A program made the position numbers and the translations under genes. A stretch of DNA of 63,979 nt, filler included, from an uncultured bacterium (GTDB taxonomy: Bacteria > DAOPZR01), in NCBI GenBank assembly GCA_964637655.1. It is 5 parts of 5 records of this genome, joined end to end, with 100 filler letters (N's around TTAATTAATTAA, not from the genome) between each part and the next. Parts side by side here need not be neighbours in the genome. Positions count along the whole stretch, not along the records: positions 27,534 to 41,114 come from CAZWUZ010000080.1; 4 more parts are not named here. The stretch is one strand, 5' to 3'. Below, in pieces: positions 31,819-41,214 of the stretch. The notes under the pieces were generated by a model. The model did not search any database. It was not told the DNA's origin and worked only from the letters and a program-made list of their open reading frames with translations. Position 1 is the stretch's first letter. Every line of letters begins with the position of its first letter.

Positions 31819-32501
31819 CCGGGCAGCAGGCCGCAGCGGTAGCCGACGTGGCGGATGCTGTTGTCAATGGAGCGCTTGTTCTTCATCCCGATGAGCCGGT
31901 CTTCTTCCTTCTGCCGGTACAGGAAGAGCATGGTGGGAATATCCGCGACGCGGTAGCGCGTGGCCAGGTCCTTGCTTTCCTTCCAGTTGACGATGCAGAC
32001 CTTGACCGTCTCCGCGTACTGCCTGGCGAGGTCGCCCAGGTCGTGTTCCATCGTCCAGCAGGTGTCCAGCCCGGAAACCCAGAAGTTGAGCACCACCAGC
32101 CCGGGATACGTCTTCGTTTCCGCATCAAAATTATCGTCGGTAATCTCGGTCAGCAGCGGGTTCTGCAGCAGAAACTCGCCGCCGATGATCTCCTCGATCT
32201 GCTTCTTGAGCTGCGGGGTGAGTTTGAGGTCGGTGAGGCGGCTCATCAGCACCCCGTCCTTGAAGTAGAGGACGGTGGGCAGGTTCTGCACGCGGTGCGC
32301 GAAGAAGGTGTCCTTGCTGTCAAGCACATGCATGACGTAGACCTGCAGCGTCCCGGCATATTTTTCGCCGATCTGCTCAGCCAGTTCGATGACCAGTTTG
32401 CACAACCCGGAATCGGGCGTGTAGCAGACCACCAGCGCCGTTTCTTTGCCGTCGATGACCGTCTGCTGAAAATCGTAGTCGGACAGTGTCCGCCGCATCA
32501 T
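31815..32501 (-). CDS. tandem thioredoxin-fold protein lacking CxxC
   Basis: Two Trx-like repeats (CYTPDSGLCK...NLPTVLYFKDG; NFWVSGLDTCW...DIPTMLF). Confidence 0.75.
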   Translation of the reverse strand: MMRRTLSDYDFQQTVIDGKETALVVCYTPDSGLCKLVIELAEQIGEKYAGTLQVYVMHVLDSKDTFFAHRVQNLPTVLYFKDGVLMSRLTDLKLTPQLKKQIEEIIGGEFLLQNPLLTEITDDNFDAETKTYPGLVVLNFWVSGLDTCWTMEHDLGDLARQYAETVKVCIVNWKESKDLATRYRVADIPTMLFLYRQKEEDRLIGMKNKRSIDNSIRHVGYRCGLLPG

Positions 32502-32514
32502 TCCCTCCCCGGAA

Positions 32515-32685
32515 AAAAAGCTCCCGCCATGCCGTGCGTCCGCGATGCCTCTCGAACCTGTCCTTGACAGGTGGGTGTCCCGCCGGACGCCCCGAAGAGC
32601 GGCCGGACGTTATGGACTCCCGATGAGTGACTGTGGTTCAGAACGCATCCGGCGTCACGCGCACCGCAGGAGCAAAACTGTCCCT
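32515..32685 (-). ncRNA. ssrS: 6S RNA
   Basis: Immediately downstream of zapA; complementary ends (GCTCCTGCGGTGCG / CGCACGGCATGGCGGGAGC) plus internal GAACC, GGGAG, CCCACC, GGTTC blocks; U-tract at 3' end; own promoter TTGACA-18-TACACC (32721-32692). Confidence 0.8.
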
Positions 32686-32741
32686 GCTGCCGGTGTAGCA
32701 TGTGCGCGTCGTGACTGTCAAGATACGCTGCGGCACGGGTG

Positions 32742-33062
32742 TCAGCCGGTGGTGCTGTCCGTCGGCTCCGCCGCGTCCGGCGTTTCGCCCAGCAGCCGCG
32801 TCAGCCGCGCTTCCAGATCCGTCAGCCGCGCCTTCGCCTCGTCCCGCTGCGCGTCGGCCTGGCGCAGGCGGAACACCTCCTCGGCCAGGTTGAGCGCGGT
32901 AAGCACCGCGAGTTTCGGGGTCGAGGTGATGCGGCTGCGCTGGGCCAGCGTCGTCATCTGCTCGTTCACGTAGGCGGCAACCGCGCGCAGGTGCGCGGGA
33001 TCCTGGTGGCCGCGGATGACGTACACCGTCCCCATGATGGTCACTTCCACGCCGTCAGCCAT
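32742..33062 (-). CDS. zapA: cell division protein ZapA
   Basis: VEVTIMG..Y, AAYVNEQM, KLAVLTALNLAEE; downstream of pheT. Confidence 0.9.
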   Translation of the reverse strand: MADGVEVTIMGTVYVIRGHQDPAHLRAVAAYVNEQMTTLAQRSRITSTPKLAVLTALNLAEEVFRLRQADAQRDEAKARLTDLEARLTRLLGETPDAAEPTDSTTG

Positions 33063-33074
33063 GACCGTACCTCC

Positions 33075-35456
33075 TCAGCTGCGGATGCGCGCGCCGCAAC
33101 GTTCCTGCAGGCGGGCGACAATCCCCTCGAGCACGCGCGCGACCTGCGCGTCCGTCAGCGTGGTTTCCGCCGCGCGGAAGAGCAGCCGGTAGCCGACGCT
33201 CTTCTCCCCCGCCGCCAGCGGGGCGCCGCGGTACAGGTCGAACAGCGTCAGCCGTTCGAGCCACTCGCCCCCCTCGGCTTCGATGACTGCGCGCAGTTCC
33301 GCCGCGCTCACCGCCTCGGGCACGATAATCGCCAGGTCGCGATCCACCGCCGGCTGGCGCGAGATACGGGCCGCCGCCGCGCGGGCCGCCGCCGGCAGTC
33401 CGGAGAGGTTGAGTTCTGCCGCCACCACCGCGCCGCGCAGGTGATGCCGGGCAGTGAGCGCCGCCGCCACGATACCGCACCAGCCGATAACGGTGCTGCC
33501 GACAGCGAGTTCGCCGCCGGTACCCGGTTCCAGCCACGGGCGTGATGCCGGCGCAAACGTCGCGGTATATCCTGCCAGCGCGAGCAGCGCCTCGAGATCG
33601 CCCTTGAGGGAGAAAACGTCGGTGGTCAGGCCGCCACGCCATTCCTCGCGGGTGCCCCACGCGGCCAGCCCGAGATGCTCCTCTTCGCACGGCAGGCACT
33701 CGGTGTCATAGGGGAGAAAGACGCGCCCGCGCTCGAACAGGCGCGGGGCGCTGTCGCTGCGGTAGCCGGCATTCCCCTGCAGTGCCTGCAGCAGGCCGGG
33801 CAGCAGCAGCGTGCGCATGACCGCCATGTCCGGGCTGAGCGGATTGCGCAGCGCCAGCGGCGGCGTGTCGCCCGTCAGCGTGGCGTCCGCATGATGAAAC
33901 GTGTAGGTGATGACCTGCTGCCAGCCGCGCGCAACCAGCAGGTTTTCCGCCGCCAGCGCCTGCTGCGTCGCCGTGTCCGGCGGTGGAATCTGGGCGACGC
34001 TGAGCACCGGGACGCGCGCGGGGATGCGGTCGTAGCCGTAATGCCGCGCCACCTCCTCGATCAGGTCCTCTTCGCGGGTGAGGTCGTTGCGCCACGACGG
34101 TACGGTCACCTGCAGGACATCGGTCCCGGCCGGTTCAAGGTCGCAGCCAAGCGCGCGCAGGATTTTCTCCGCCGTCCCGGCCGGCAACTCGGTCCCCAGC
34201 ACCCTGGACACGCGCGCGGGGCGCAGCCGCACCGCCGTGCGGGCCAGCGGCTCCGGCAGGACGTCGATGATCCCGGCCGCCACGCTGCCGCCCCCGTGCT
34301 GCACCAGCAGCGCCGTCGCCCGGCGCAGCGCGGCGAGCAGACCGAGCCGGTCGGCGCCGCGTTCGAACACCTGCGCCGCCCCGGTGGCGAGTTTCGCCGC
34401 GCGTGCGGCCGCCCGCACCGCGGCCGGCGCAAACCACGCGCTCTCGATGACCAGGTCTTCCGTCTGCCCCGTCACGCCGCTCCCGGCGCCGCCCATAACC
34501 CCGGCCAGCGCGACCGCCCGTTCACGGTCGGCAATGACCAGCAGGTTCGGGTTGAGTTCGCGTTCCTGCCCGTCGAGCAGCACCGTTTTTTCACCCGCCG
34601 CGGCGCGGCGCACGATAAGCTCACCGCCGCGCAGGCAGGCGCGGTCGAAGGCGTGCAGCGGATGCCCCCATTCGAGCAGCACGTAGTTGGTGACGTCAAC
34701 CGCCAGCCCGAGCGGACGCTGTCCGGCAAGCAGCAGGCGGCGCTGCAGCGCGAACGGTGCCGGCGCCGTCGCCCGGCAGCCGCGTACCACCGTGGCGGCG
34801 TAGCGCGCGCAGAGGTCGGGAGCATCGATGCGCACGCGCAGCAGGCCGGCCGCGGGGTCAGTCCCCTCGGGATAGTCGAGCGCGGGGAGGTGCACCGTCG
34901 TGCCGCAGGCTGCCGCCGCCTCCCGCGCCATGCCGAGCACGCCGTACAGGTCACCGCGGTTGGCCGGCACCTCGTAGTCGATCAGCCACTCGTCCTGCAG
35001 GCCAAGCGCGACCAGCGCGTCGTCACCCGGCGTCAGGGTGTCCGGCAGCAGCCAGATCCCGTCTGCCGTCGGGGTCAGCCCGAGTTCCGCGGTCGAGCAG
35101 AACATCCCCTCGGAAACCTCGCCGCGCAGTTTGCCTTTTTTGATCGTCAGGCCGCCGGCCAGCACCGCCCCGGCCAGCGCCAGCGGCACCGTGTGCCCCG
35201 TCTGCACGTTGGTCGCCGCCGTCACGACCTGTACCGTGCGCCCGTCGCCGGCATCGGCGCGGCAGATCCGCAGGCGGTCGGCATTGGGATGCGGCAGGCA
35301 CTCCGTGACCCGCGCAATAACGACACCGCTGATGCCGGCGCACGGACGCGTCACGCTGTTGACCTCGATGCCGGCCGCGGCGAAGCGGTCGGCAAGCGCG
35401 GCGGCGGTGAGTCCCGTCGGCACCAGTTCCTCGAGCCAGCTGTGCAGCAGTTTCAT
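33075..35456 (-). CDS. pheT: phenylalanine--tRNA ligase beta subunit
   Basis: HPNADRL, RGEVSEGMFCS, ANRGD, REEDLIEEVAR, C-terminal anticodon-binding domain. Confidence 0.95.
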   Translation of the reverse strand: MKLLHSWLEELVPTGLTAAALADRFAAAGIEVNSVTRPCAGISGVVIARVTECLPHPNADRLRICRADAGDGRTVQVVTAATNVQTGHTVPLALAGAVLAGGLTIKKGKLRGEVSEGMFCSTAELGLTPTADGIWLLPDTLTPGDDALVALGLQDEWLIDYEVPANRGDLYGVLGMAREAAAACGTTVHLPALDYPEGTDPAAGLLRVRIDAPDLCARYAATVVRGCRATAPAPFALQRRLLLAGQRPLGLAVDVTNYVLLEWGHPLHAFDRACLRGGELIVRRAAAGEKTVLLDGQERELNPNLLVIADRERAVALAGVMGGAGSGVTGQTEDLVIESAWFAPAAVRAAARAAKLATGAAQVFERGADRLGLLAALRRATALLVQHGGGSVAAGIIDVLPEPLARTAVRLRPARVSRVLGTELPAGTAEKILRALGCDLEPAGTDVLQVTVPSWRNDLTREEDLIEEVARHYGYDRIPARVPVLSVAQIPPPDTATQQALAAENLLVARGWQQVITYTFHHADATLTGDTPPLALRNPLSPDMAVMRTLLLPGLLQALQGNAGYRSDSAPRLFERGRVFLPYDTECLPCEEEHLGLAAWGTREEWRGGLTTDVFSLKGDLEALLALAGYTATFAPASRPWLEPGTGGELAVGSTVIGWCGIVAAALTARHHLRGAVVAAELNLSGLPAAARAAAARISRQPAVDRDLAIIVPEAVSAAELRAVIEAEGGEWLERLTLFDLYRGAPLAAGEKSVGYRLLFRAAETTLTDAQVARVLEGIVARLQERCGARIRS

Positions 35457-35459
35457 CGC

Positions 35460-36479
35460 TTACCCCCAGAACTGGCGCAGGAAGCGCAGGTCGTTTTCGT
35501 ACAGCAGGCGGATGTCATCGATGCCGTAGTAGAGCATCGCCAGCCGCTCGACCCCCATGCCGAAAGCAAACCCGGTGTAGCGCTCGCTGTCGTACTGGGC
35601 AAAGGCAAAGACCGCCGGGTGCACCATGCCGCAGCCGAGCACCTCGAGCCAGCCGCTCTGCTTGCAGACGCGGCAGCCGCTGCCGCCGCAGAGCACGCAG
35701 GCGATGTCAACCTCGGCGCTCGGCTCGGTGAAGGGGAAATAGCTCGGGCGGAAACGCGTGCGCGTGCCGCTGCCGAAGAAACGGGCAAGGAACAGTTCGA
35801 GCATCCCCTTGAGGTGCGCGAACGTGATGCCCTCGTCGACCCAGAATCCCTCGACCTGATGGAACATCGGGATGTGCGTCACGTCGTAATCGCGGCGGTA
35901 GACCTTGCCGGGGGCGATGATGCGCACGGGCGGCGCCTGCTTTTCGTAGACCCGCGCCTGCACCGGCGAGGTATGCGTGCGCAGCAGCACGTCGTCACCA
36001 CAGTAGAACGTGTCATGCATATCGCGCGCGGGATGCGTCGCGGGGATGTTGATCGCCTCGAAATTGTAGTAGTCGAGTTCGACTTCCGGCCCGTCCGCCA
36101 CCGCGAAGCCGAGCGCGGTGAAGATGCCGGTGATCCGGCGCATGGTCAGCGTGACCGGATGCAGCCGGCCACACGGCCAGCCGGTGCCGGGGAGCGTGAG
36201 ATCAAGCTGCGACCGCGCTGCCCCGCTCCCGCCGCCGAGTGCGGCCGCGCGTGCACTGAGCGCCTCTTCGACTGCCGCACGTGCGGCATTGACCGCGGCG
36301 CCCGCCTGCTTGCGCTGTTCCGCCGGGAGCGCCCCGAGCCCGCGCAGCAGGGCGTTGAGTTGTCCGCTGCCGCGCCCGAGGTACGCCACCCGGAGTGCCT
36401 GCAGGGCGGCGCCATCTGCCGCCCCCGCAATCTCCGCCAGTGCCGTCGCCTGCAGGGCGGCGATGTCGCTGCCTTCCAT
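35460..36479 (-). CDS. pheS: phenylalanine--tRNA ligase alpha subunit
   Basis: [44 protein letters not shown]. Confidence 0.97.
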   Translation of the reverse strand: MEGSDIAALQATALAEIAGAADGAALQALRVAYLGRGSGQLNALLRGLGALPAEQRKQAGAAVNAARAAVEEALSARAAALGGGSGAARSQLDLTLPGTGWPCGRLHPVTLTMRRITGIFTALGFAVADGPEVELDYYNFEAINIPATHPARDMHDTFYCGDDVLLRTHTSPVQARVYEKQAPPVRIIAPGKVYRRDYDVTHIPMFHQVEGFWVDEGITFAHLKGMLELFLARFFGSGTRTRFRPSYFPFTEPSAEVDIACVLCGGSGCRVCKQSGWLEVLGCGMVHPAVFAFAQYDSERYTGFAFGMGVERLAMLYYGIDDIRLLYENDLRFLRQFWG

Positions 36480-36554
36480 TCGGTTACCTCCGCGTGCCCC
36501 GGCGTTCCCGCCGGTGCCCGGCAGGCCGCCGGGCAGGTGCGGCGTGGTCAGGGT

Positions 36555-36923
36555 TCAGCGCGCCGCGCGCGCCCCGCCCTCTTTGGCCGCCGCGACGATG
36601 TGGGTGAATGCCGCCGGATCGCTGACTGCCAGTTCCGCCAGCACCCGGCGGTCAATGGCGATCCCCTTCGCCTTGAGGCCGGCGATGAGGCCGGCGTAGC
36701 CGACCCCGGCGCGACGGGCCGCGGCGTTGATGCGCACGATCCACAGGCGACGGTAGTCGCCCTTCTTCTTGCGGCGGTGCACCGTGGCGTTGGCCCGGGC
36801 ATGCCGGACCGCCTCCTTCGCCGTGCGGTGCAGGGTGCTGCGACTGCCGTGGAAGCCCTTGGCCTCCTTCATCAGCCGCTGTTTGCGGGCAATGCGCCCG
36901 GTGCTTTTCTTGGCCCGTACCAT
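36555..36923 (-). CDS. rplT: 50S ribosomal protein L20
   Basis: [32 protein letters not shown]. Confidence 0.95.
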   Translation of the reverse strand: MVRAKKSTGRIARKQRLMKEAKGFHGSRSTLHRTAKEAVRHARANATVHRRKKKGDYRRLWIVRINAAARRAGVGYAGLIAGLKAKGIAIDRRVLAELAVSDPAAFTHIVAAAKEGGARAAR

Positions 36924-36935
36924 GAGACGGCCCTC

Positions 36936-37133
36936 CTAGGCGTACGGCAGCATGCGCTTCAGCTGCTTGGCATTCGTCGCATCCACCACGGTGCTCTGCC
37001 GCAGCGTGCGTTTCCGCTTGCGCGACTTATGCGTCAGGATGTGGCTTTTGTAGGCGCGGTTGCGGCGGAATTTGCCGGTCCCGGTCGTGCGGAACCGCTT
37101 CGCCGCCCCTTTGCGCGTCTTCATCTTCGGCAT
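36936..37133 (-). CDS. rpmI: 50S ribosomal protein L35
   Basis: [21 protein letters not shown]...[12 protein letters not shown]. Confidence 0.96.
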   Translation of the reverse strand: MPKMKTRKGAAKRFRTTGTGKFRRNRAYKSHILTHKSRKRKRTLRQSTVVDATNAKQLKRMLPYA

Positions 37134-37155
37134 CGTTCGTTCTCCTCCCCGCTGC

Positions 37156-37665
37156 TCACTTCGGCAGCAGGAATAATAGCATGTTGCGCCCTTCCAGGCG
37201 CGGATGTCCTTCCACGCGGCACTGACCTTCGAGGTCGGCAATCAGCCGCTGCAACAGCGCCTCGCCGTGGCTGATGTACGCCATCTCGCGGCCGAAAAAC
37301 ATCACCACCACCCGGACCTTGTCGCCGCGCGCGAGAAAGGCCTTGATATTCTCCCGCTTGAACTCGTAATCATGCTGCCCGATCTTCGGGCGCATCTTCA
37401 CTTCCTTGAGGTGCACTACCTTCTGCTTCTTGCGCGCATCCCGCGACTTGCGCCGCAGTTCGTAGCGGTACTTGCCGAAGTCCATGATCCGGCAGACCGG
37501 CGGCTTTGCCGTCGGCGAAATCTCCACCAGGTCAAGCCCTTCCTGCTGCGCCTTGAACAGCGCCTCGCGTGCGCTCAGCACCCCCAACTGCTCCCCCGCG
37601 GACCCCAGCAAACGCACCTGCTCCGCGCGGATCTCTCCGTTGGTACGGATATCCTTATCCTTGAT
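37156..37665 (-). CDS. infC: translation initiation factor IF-3 (probable ATC start)
   Basis: [40 protein letters not shown] lies 6 nt before the ATC. Confidence 0.95.
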   Translation of the reverse strand: MKDKDIRTNGEIRAEQVRLLGSAGEQLGVLSAREALFKAQQEGLDLVEISPTAKPPVCRIMDFGKYRYELRRKSRDARKKQKVVHLKEVKMRPKIGQHDYEFKRENIKAFLARGDKVRVVVMFFGREMAYISHGEALLQRLIADLEGQCRVEGHPRLEGRNMLLFLLPK

Positions 37666-37684
37666 CGACCTCACCTCCCTCGCA

Positions 37685-37785
37685 ATAAAAAAGGCGACAC
37701 AACGGTCGCCTGTCTGGTCATCCGCTACCGCGGCAACTGCCCGAGGGCGTCGCCGGGTGGAAAGCCGACCGCTTCCGCTTCATCC
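37685..37785 (-). promoter_or_regulatory. L20-leader-like attenuator upstream of infC
   Basis: GAAGCGGAAGC...GCTTTCCACC block resembling the L20 leader, then hairpin AGGCGAC-N-GTCGCCT plus T-tract just before the infC SD. Confidence 0.6.
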
Positions 37786-37804
37786 CGCCCCTGCGGACGG
37801 TAAC

Positions 37805-37881
37805 TGGTGGAGGCGAAGGGGATCGAACCCTCGACCTCAAGAATGCCATTCTTGCGCTCTCCCAAACTGAGCTACGCCCCC
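37805..37881 (-). tRNA. tRNA-Ala (GGC)
   Basis: GGGGGCGTAGCTCAGTTTGGGAGAGCGCAAGAATGGCATTCTTGAGGTCGAGGGTTCGATCCCCTTCGCCTCCACCA; G3:U70 pair, encoded CCA. Confidence 0.96.
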
Positions 37882-37926
37882 ACGCCGCGCCGGCCTGCGC
37901 CGGCGCCTGTCATCGGTTGTATGCTA

Positions 37927-38286
37927 CTATACCTGCTCGACAAATTCAACCAGCGTCAGCGGCGACCCGTCACCCTTGCGCCGCCCGAGGCGGACCAGGC
38001 GCAGATAGCCGCCCGGCCGGTCCTTGAACTTCGGGGCGATATCCGCGAACAGTTTCTGCACCGCCACGTCGGTATAGAGGCGCGCGGCCACCAGGCGGCG
38101 CTGCGCCACCGTGTCCGTCCGCGCCTGCGTCACCAGGCGCTCCGCGTAGCTGCGCAGCACCTTGGCCTTGGCCGTCGTCGTCACCAGCCGCCCGCGCGTG
38201 AACAGCGCGGTGGCCTGGCTGCGGAGCAGCGCCTTGCGCTGGTCCGCGGTCCGTCCGAGTTTGCTCCCTTTTGCCCTGTGTCGCAT
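37927..38286 (-). CDS. rplQ: 50S ribosomal protein L17
   Basis: MRHR...KLGR, TTTAKAK, RPGGY.R, RKGDG. Confidence 0.96.
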   Translation of the reverse strand: MRHRAKGSKLGRTADQRKALLRSQATALFTRGRLVTTTAKAKVLRSYAERLVTQARTDTVAQRRLVAARLYTDVAVQKLFADIAPKFKDRPGGYLRLVRLGRRKGDGSPLTLVEFVEQV

Positions 38287-38295
38287 GGTCCGCTC

Positions 38296-39303
38296 CTAGC
38301 GCTGGCCGGCGCGCTGTGCGCGCGCCCGCAGCGCCTCGATCTCCTCGCGCATGCCCAGCCGCAGGTTGTGCTCCGTCAGCTTGTCCTTCAGCTCCTGCAG
38401 CGTCGTCTTGCCCAGGTTGCGCGCCTTCATCAGTTCCGGCTCGCTCAGCGACGCCAGTTCGCCCAGCGTGCCGATGTTGATCCCGCGCAGGCAGTTCGAC
38501 GGCCGCTGCGACAGGTCGAGTTCCTCGACCGTCAGGTTCAGCACCTCGAGCAGCCGCTGCTCGTCGGGGTTCAGCGCCTCGAACACCGTCCGCGTGTCAT
38601 CGATCTCCTCGAAGGTGATGAAGATCTGCATGTGCTCCTTGACGATCTTCGCCGCGTAGGCGATCGCGTCCTTCGGGTTGATCGTCCCGTTGGTCCACAC
38701 CTCGATGACCAGCTTGTCGAAATCGGTCATCTGCCCGACGCGCGTCGGCGTCACCTGGTAGTGCACCTTGCGCACCGGGGAGAAGGCCGCGTCCACCGGG
38801 ATGCGCCCGATCTCGCCACCGGCACGATTCTCCACCGGGCGATAACCGCGCCCGAGTTCCACATCGAGTTCCATCTTCAGGTGCCCTTCCTCGTTGAGGT
38901 GGGCGAGCACCAGTTCGGGGTTGTGCAGCGTGAGCCCTGCCGGCAGCACGAGGTCGGCCGCCGTCACCGTCTTCGGCCCCTTGACATCGAGCGTCACTTT
39001 TTCCACCCCGTCGTGCTCGGTCTGCAGCGCCAGCTGCTTGAGGTTGAGCACCACGTCGATGACATCCTCCTGCATGCCGCGCAGGCCGGAAAATTCGTGT
39101 TTCGCCCCCTGCACCCGCACCGCCGTCACTGCCGCCCCGACGATCGACGACAGCAGCATGCGCCGCAGCGCGTGCCCGACCGTCAGCCCGAACCCGCGCA
39201 TGAACGGTTCGACCGCGTATTTGCCGTACGTCGCGCTTTCCTCCACCGTCTCGAACTGCGACGGGCGCTCCACCTGTTTCATAATCATGCTCGTCTTTGC
39301 CAT
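38296..39303 (-). CDS. rpoA: RNA polymerase alpha subunit
   Basis: EPF.RGFG.T.G.ALRR.LLSS, HEFS, GRGY, DAAFSPV, alpha-CTD (NCL, RNLG). Confidence 0.96.
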   Translation of the reverse strand: MAKTSMIMKQVERPSQFETVEESATYGKYAVEPFMRGFGLTVGHALRRMLLSSIVGAAVTAVRVQGAKHEFSGLRGMQEDVIDVVLNLKQLALQTEHDGVEKVTLDVKGPKTVTAADLVLPAGLTLHNPELVLAHLNEEGHLKMELDVELGRGYRPVENRAGGEIGRIPVDAAFSPVRKVHYQVTPTRVGQMTDFDKLVIEVWTNGTINPKDAIAYAAKIVKEHMQIFITFEEIDDTRTVFEALNPDEQRLLEVLNLTVEELDLSQRPSNCLRGINIGTLGELASLSEPELMKARNLGKTTLQELKDKLTEHNLRLGMREEIEALRARAQRAGQR

Positions 39304-39345
39304 ACCTGTCTCTCCCCGGCCGGGCCGCGGCCGTTCACTCGCTGG

Positions 39346-39981
39346 TTACTTCGAATAGAGTTCGACGATCAGGTTCTCGCGGATCTCCGCGTCGATGTCG
39401 CCGCGCGCCGGCAGGCGTTGCACCGTCCCCTGCGGCTTGTCCGCGTCGAGGGCCAGCCACGACACGATGCCGCGCTGCCGCCGGCTCCCCTGCCCTTCCT
39501 TGACCAGTTTCAGTTCGCGGCTCTTCTCGCGCATCTCGATACGGTCGCCGGCCTTGACCCGATACGACGGGATGTTGACCCGCCGGCCGTTGACCAGCAC
39601 ATGACCGTGGAGCACGAGCTGCCGCCCGCTCGTACGGCCGACCGCCAGTCCGAGCCGGAAGGCGACGTTATCGAGCCGCCGCTCCAGCAGCGACAGCAGG
39701 TTTTCGCCGGTCTTGCCGTCCATGCGCGCCGCCTCGTGATAGTAGCGCCGGAACTGCTGTTCCAGCACCCCGTAGAGACGCTTGACTTTCTGCTTTTCGC
39801 GCTGCTGCTGCCCGAACTGCGACAGCTTGCCGAAGCGCTTGGTCGTCGCCGCCTGTCCCGGGCGCACGCCCTCGCGGCGGCTGACCGCACACTTCTCGCG
39901 GTAACAGCGTTCGCCCCGCAGGTAGAGTTTGACGCCTTCACGCCGGCACTGCCGGCATTTGGGTCCCGTTGTCCGTGCCAT
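39346..39981 (-). CDS. rpsD: 30S ribosomal protein S4
   Basis: GPKCRQCRREG, REKQK, LERRLDN, IVELYSK. Confidence 0.97.
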   Translation of the reverse strand: MARTTGPKCRQCRREGVKLYLRGERCYREKCAVSRREGVRPGQAATTKRFGKLSQFGQQQREKQKVKRLYGVLEQQFRRYYHEAARMDGKTGENLLSLLERRLDNVAFRLGLAVGRTSGRQLVLHGHVLVNGRRVNIPSYRVKAGDRIEMREKSRELKLVKEGQGSRRQRGIVSWLALDADKPQGTVQRLPARGDIDAEIRENLIVELYSK

Positions 39982-39993
39982 GATCGCTCGCTC

Positions 39994-40446
39994 CTACACC
40001 CGCCGCCGTTTTTTCGGACGGCAACCGTTATGTGCCACCGGAGTGACATCCTTGATCGAGACCACTTCCAGGCCCGCCGCCTGCAGCGAGCGGATGGCCG
40101 TTTCCCGCCCTGACCCGGGGCCCTTGACCATGACGCGAATCTTGCGCAGCCCGGCTTCCTTCGCCTTCTCGGCGCAGGCCTCCGCCGCCAGTTGCGCCGC
40201 GAACGGGGTGCTCTTGCGCGAGCCCTTGAAGCCGACCGTGCCGCCGCTGCGCCAGGTCAGCACATGCCCCGCCTCGTCCGTGATGCTGATGATGGTGTTG
40301 TTGAACGTGGACTTGATGTACGCCATCCCCGTGTCACCCGTCAGCATCCGCTTCTTCTTGCGCCCGCCCGCCGCCTTGGCCGGGGCGGCCGTGTCCGGCG
40401 CTGCTGCCGCTGCTGCCGCCGTCGTTTCTGTCGTCGTCGTCATCAT
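39994..40446 (-). CDS. rpsK: 30S ribosomal protein S11 (Thr/Ala-rich N-terminal extension)
   Basis: [33 protein letters not shown]. Confidence 0.97.
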   Translation of the reverse strand: MMTTTTETTAAAAAAAPDTAAPAKAAGGRKKKRMLTGDTGMAYIKSTFNNTIISITDEAGHVLTWRSGGTVGFKGSRKSTPFAAQLAAEACAEKAKEAGLRKIRVMVKGPGSGRETAIRSLQAAGLEVVSIKDVTPVAHNGCRPKKRRRV

Positions 40447-40455
40447 GTCCCTCCG

Positions 40456-40848
40456 TTACGCCTTCGCCTTCGCCGGCGCGCTCTTCTTGGCGCCACCGAT
40501 CGACGGACGCGCGCCCTTCCAGCTGCGCGCGTTGGTGTGCGTGCGCTGTCCCCGCGTCGGCAGGCCCTTGCGGTGCCGCAGGCCGCGGTAGCAGGCGATA
40601 TCCTTCAGCCGCTTCACGTTCTGCGCCACTTCGCTGCGCAGTTCGCCCTCGAGCTTGTATTCCTTCTCGAGAATCGCGCGAATCTTGTTCTCGTCCGCCG
40701 TCGTCAGCTTGCTGACCTCGGTCGCCGGCGGGATGTTCGCCTGCGCACAGATCTTCGCCGCCGTCGCCGGACCCACCCCGTGGATGTAGGTCAGGGCGAT
40801 GACAATGTGCTTCTTGCCGGGGATGTCGACCCCTGCGAATCGCGCCAT
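40456..40848 (-). CDS. rpsM: 30S ribosomal protein S13
   Basis: MARFAGVDIP, ALTYIHGVG, YRGLRH, RGQRTHTNAR. Confidence 0.97.
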   Translation of the reverse strand: MARFAGVDIPGKKHIVIALTYIHGVGPATAAKICAQANIPPATEVSKLTTADENKIRAILEKEYKLEGELRSEVAQNVKRLKDIACYRGLRHRKGLPTRGQRTHTNARSWKGARPSIGGAKKSAPAKAKA

Positions 40849-40861
40849 AGCGCTCCTCCTT

Positions 40862-40975
40862 TTACCCCTGCCGCTGCTTATGCTTCGGGTTGTCGCAAAT
40901 AACCATCACCCGCCCGTGGCGCTTGATGATCTTGCACTTCTGACAGATCTTTTTGACCGATGCCCTGACTTTCAT
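40862..40975 (-). CDS. rpmJ: 50S ribosomal protein L36 (zinc-binding form; not in the ORF track)
   Basis: [37 protein letters not shown]. Confidence 0.97.
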   Translation of the reverse strand: MKVRASVKKICQKCKIIKRHGRVMVICDNPKHKQRQG

Positions 40976-41009
40976 GTCGCTCCCGTCCTTCGCTCTCCGC
41001 GTCCCGCCT

Positions 41010-41114
41010 CTATTTGTAGCGGTAGGTGACGCGCCCGCGCGTCAGGTCGTAGGGGGAAAGTTCCAGCCGCACGCGGTCCCCGGGCAGGATCTTGATGTAC
41101 TGCATCCGCATCTT
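41010..41114 (-). CDS. infA: translation initiation factor IF-1 (3' part)
   Basis: [34 protein letters not shown]. Confidence 0.96.
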   Translation of the reverse strand, partial: KMRMQYIKILPGDRVRLELSPYDLTRGRVTYRYK

Positions 41115-41214
41115 NNNNNNNNNNNNNNNNNNNNNNNNNNNNNNNNNNNNNNNNNNNNTTAATTAATTAANNNNNNNNNNNNNNNNNNNNNNNNNNNNNN
41201 NNNNNNNNNNNNNN
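41115..41214. other. artificial contig spacer
   Basis: N run with TTAATTAATTAA. Confidence 0.97.

Noticed and set aside
33675-37274. Very long antisense ORFs (1199 aa here; also 9564-12587, 37807-40113, 25323-27284)
   Set aside because: These are shadow frames opposite well-recognised genes in high-GC DNA, with no recognisable motifs.
40380-40446. GCT/GTC-like triplet runs at the rpsK 5' end as a repeat element
   Set aside because: They encode a low-complexity Thr/Ala N-terminal tail, which is variable in S11 proteins.
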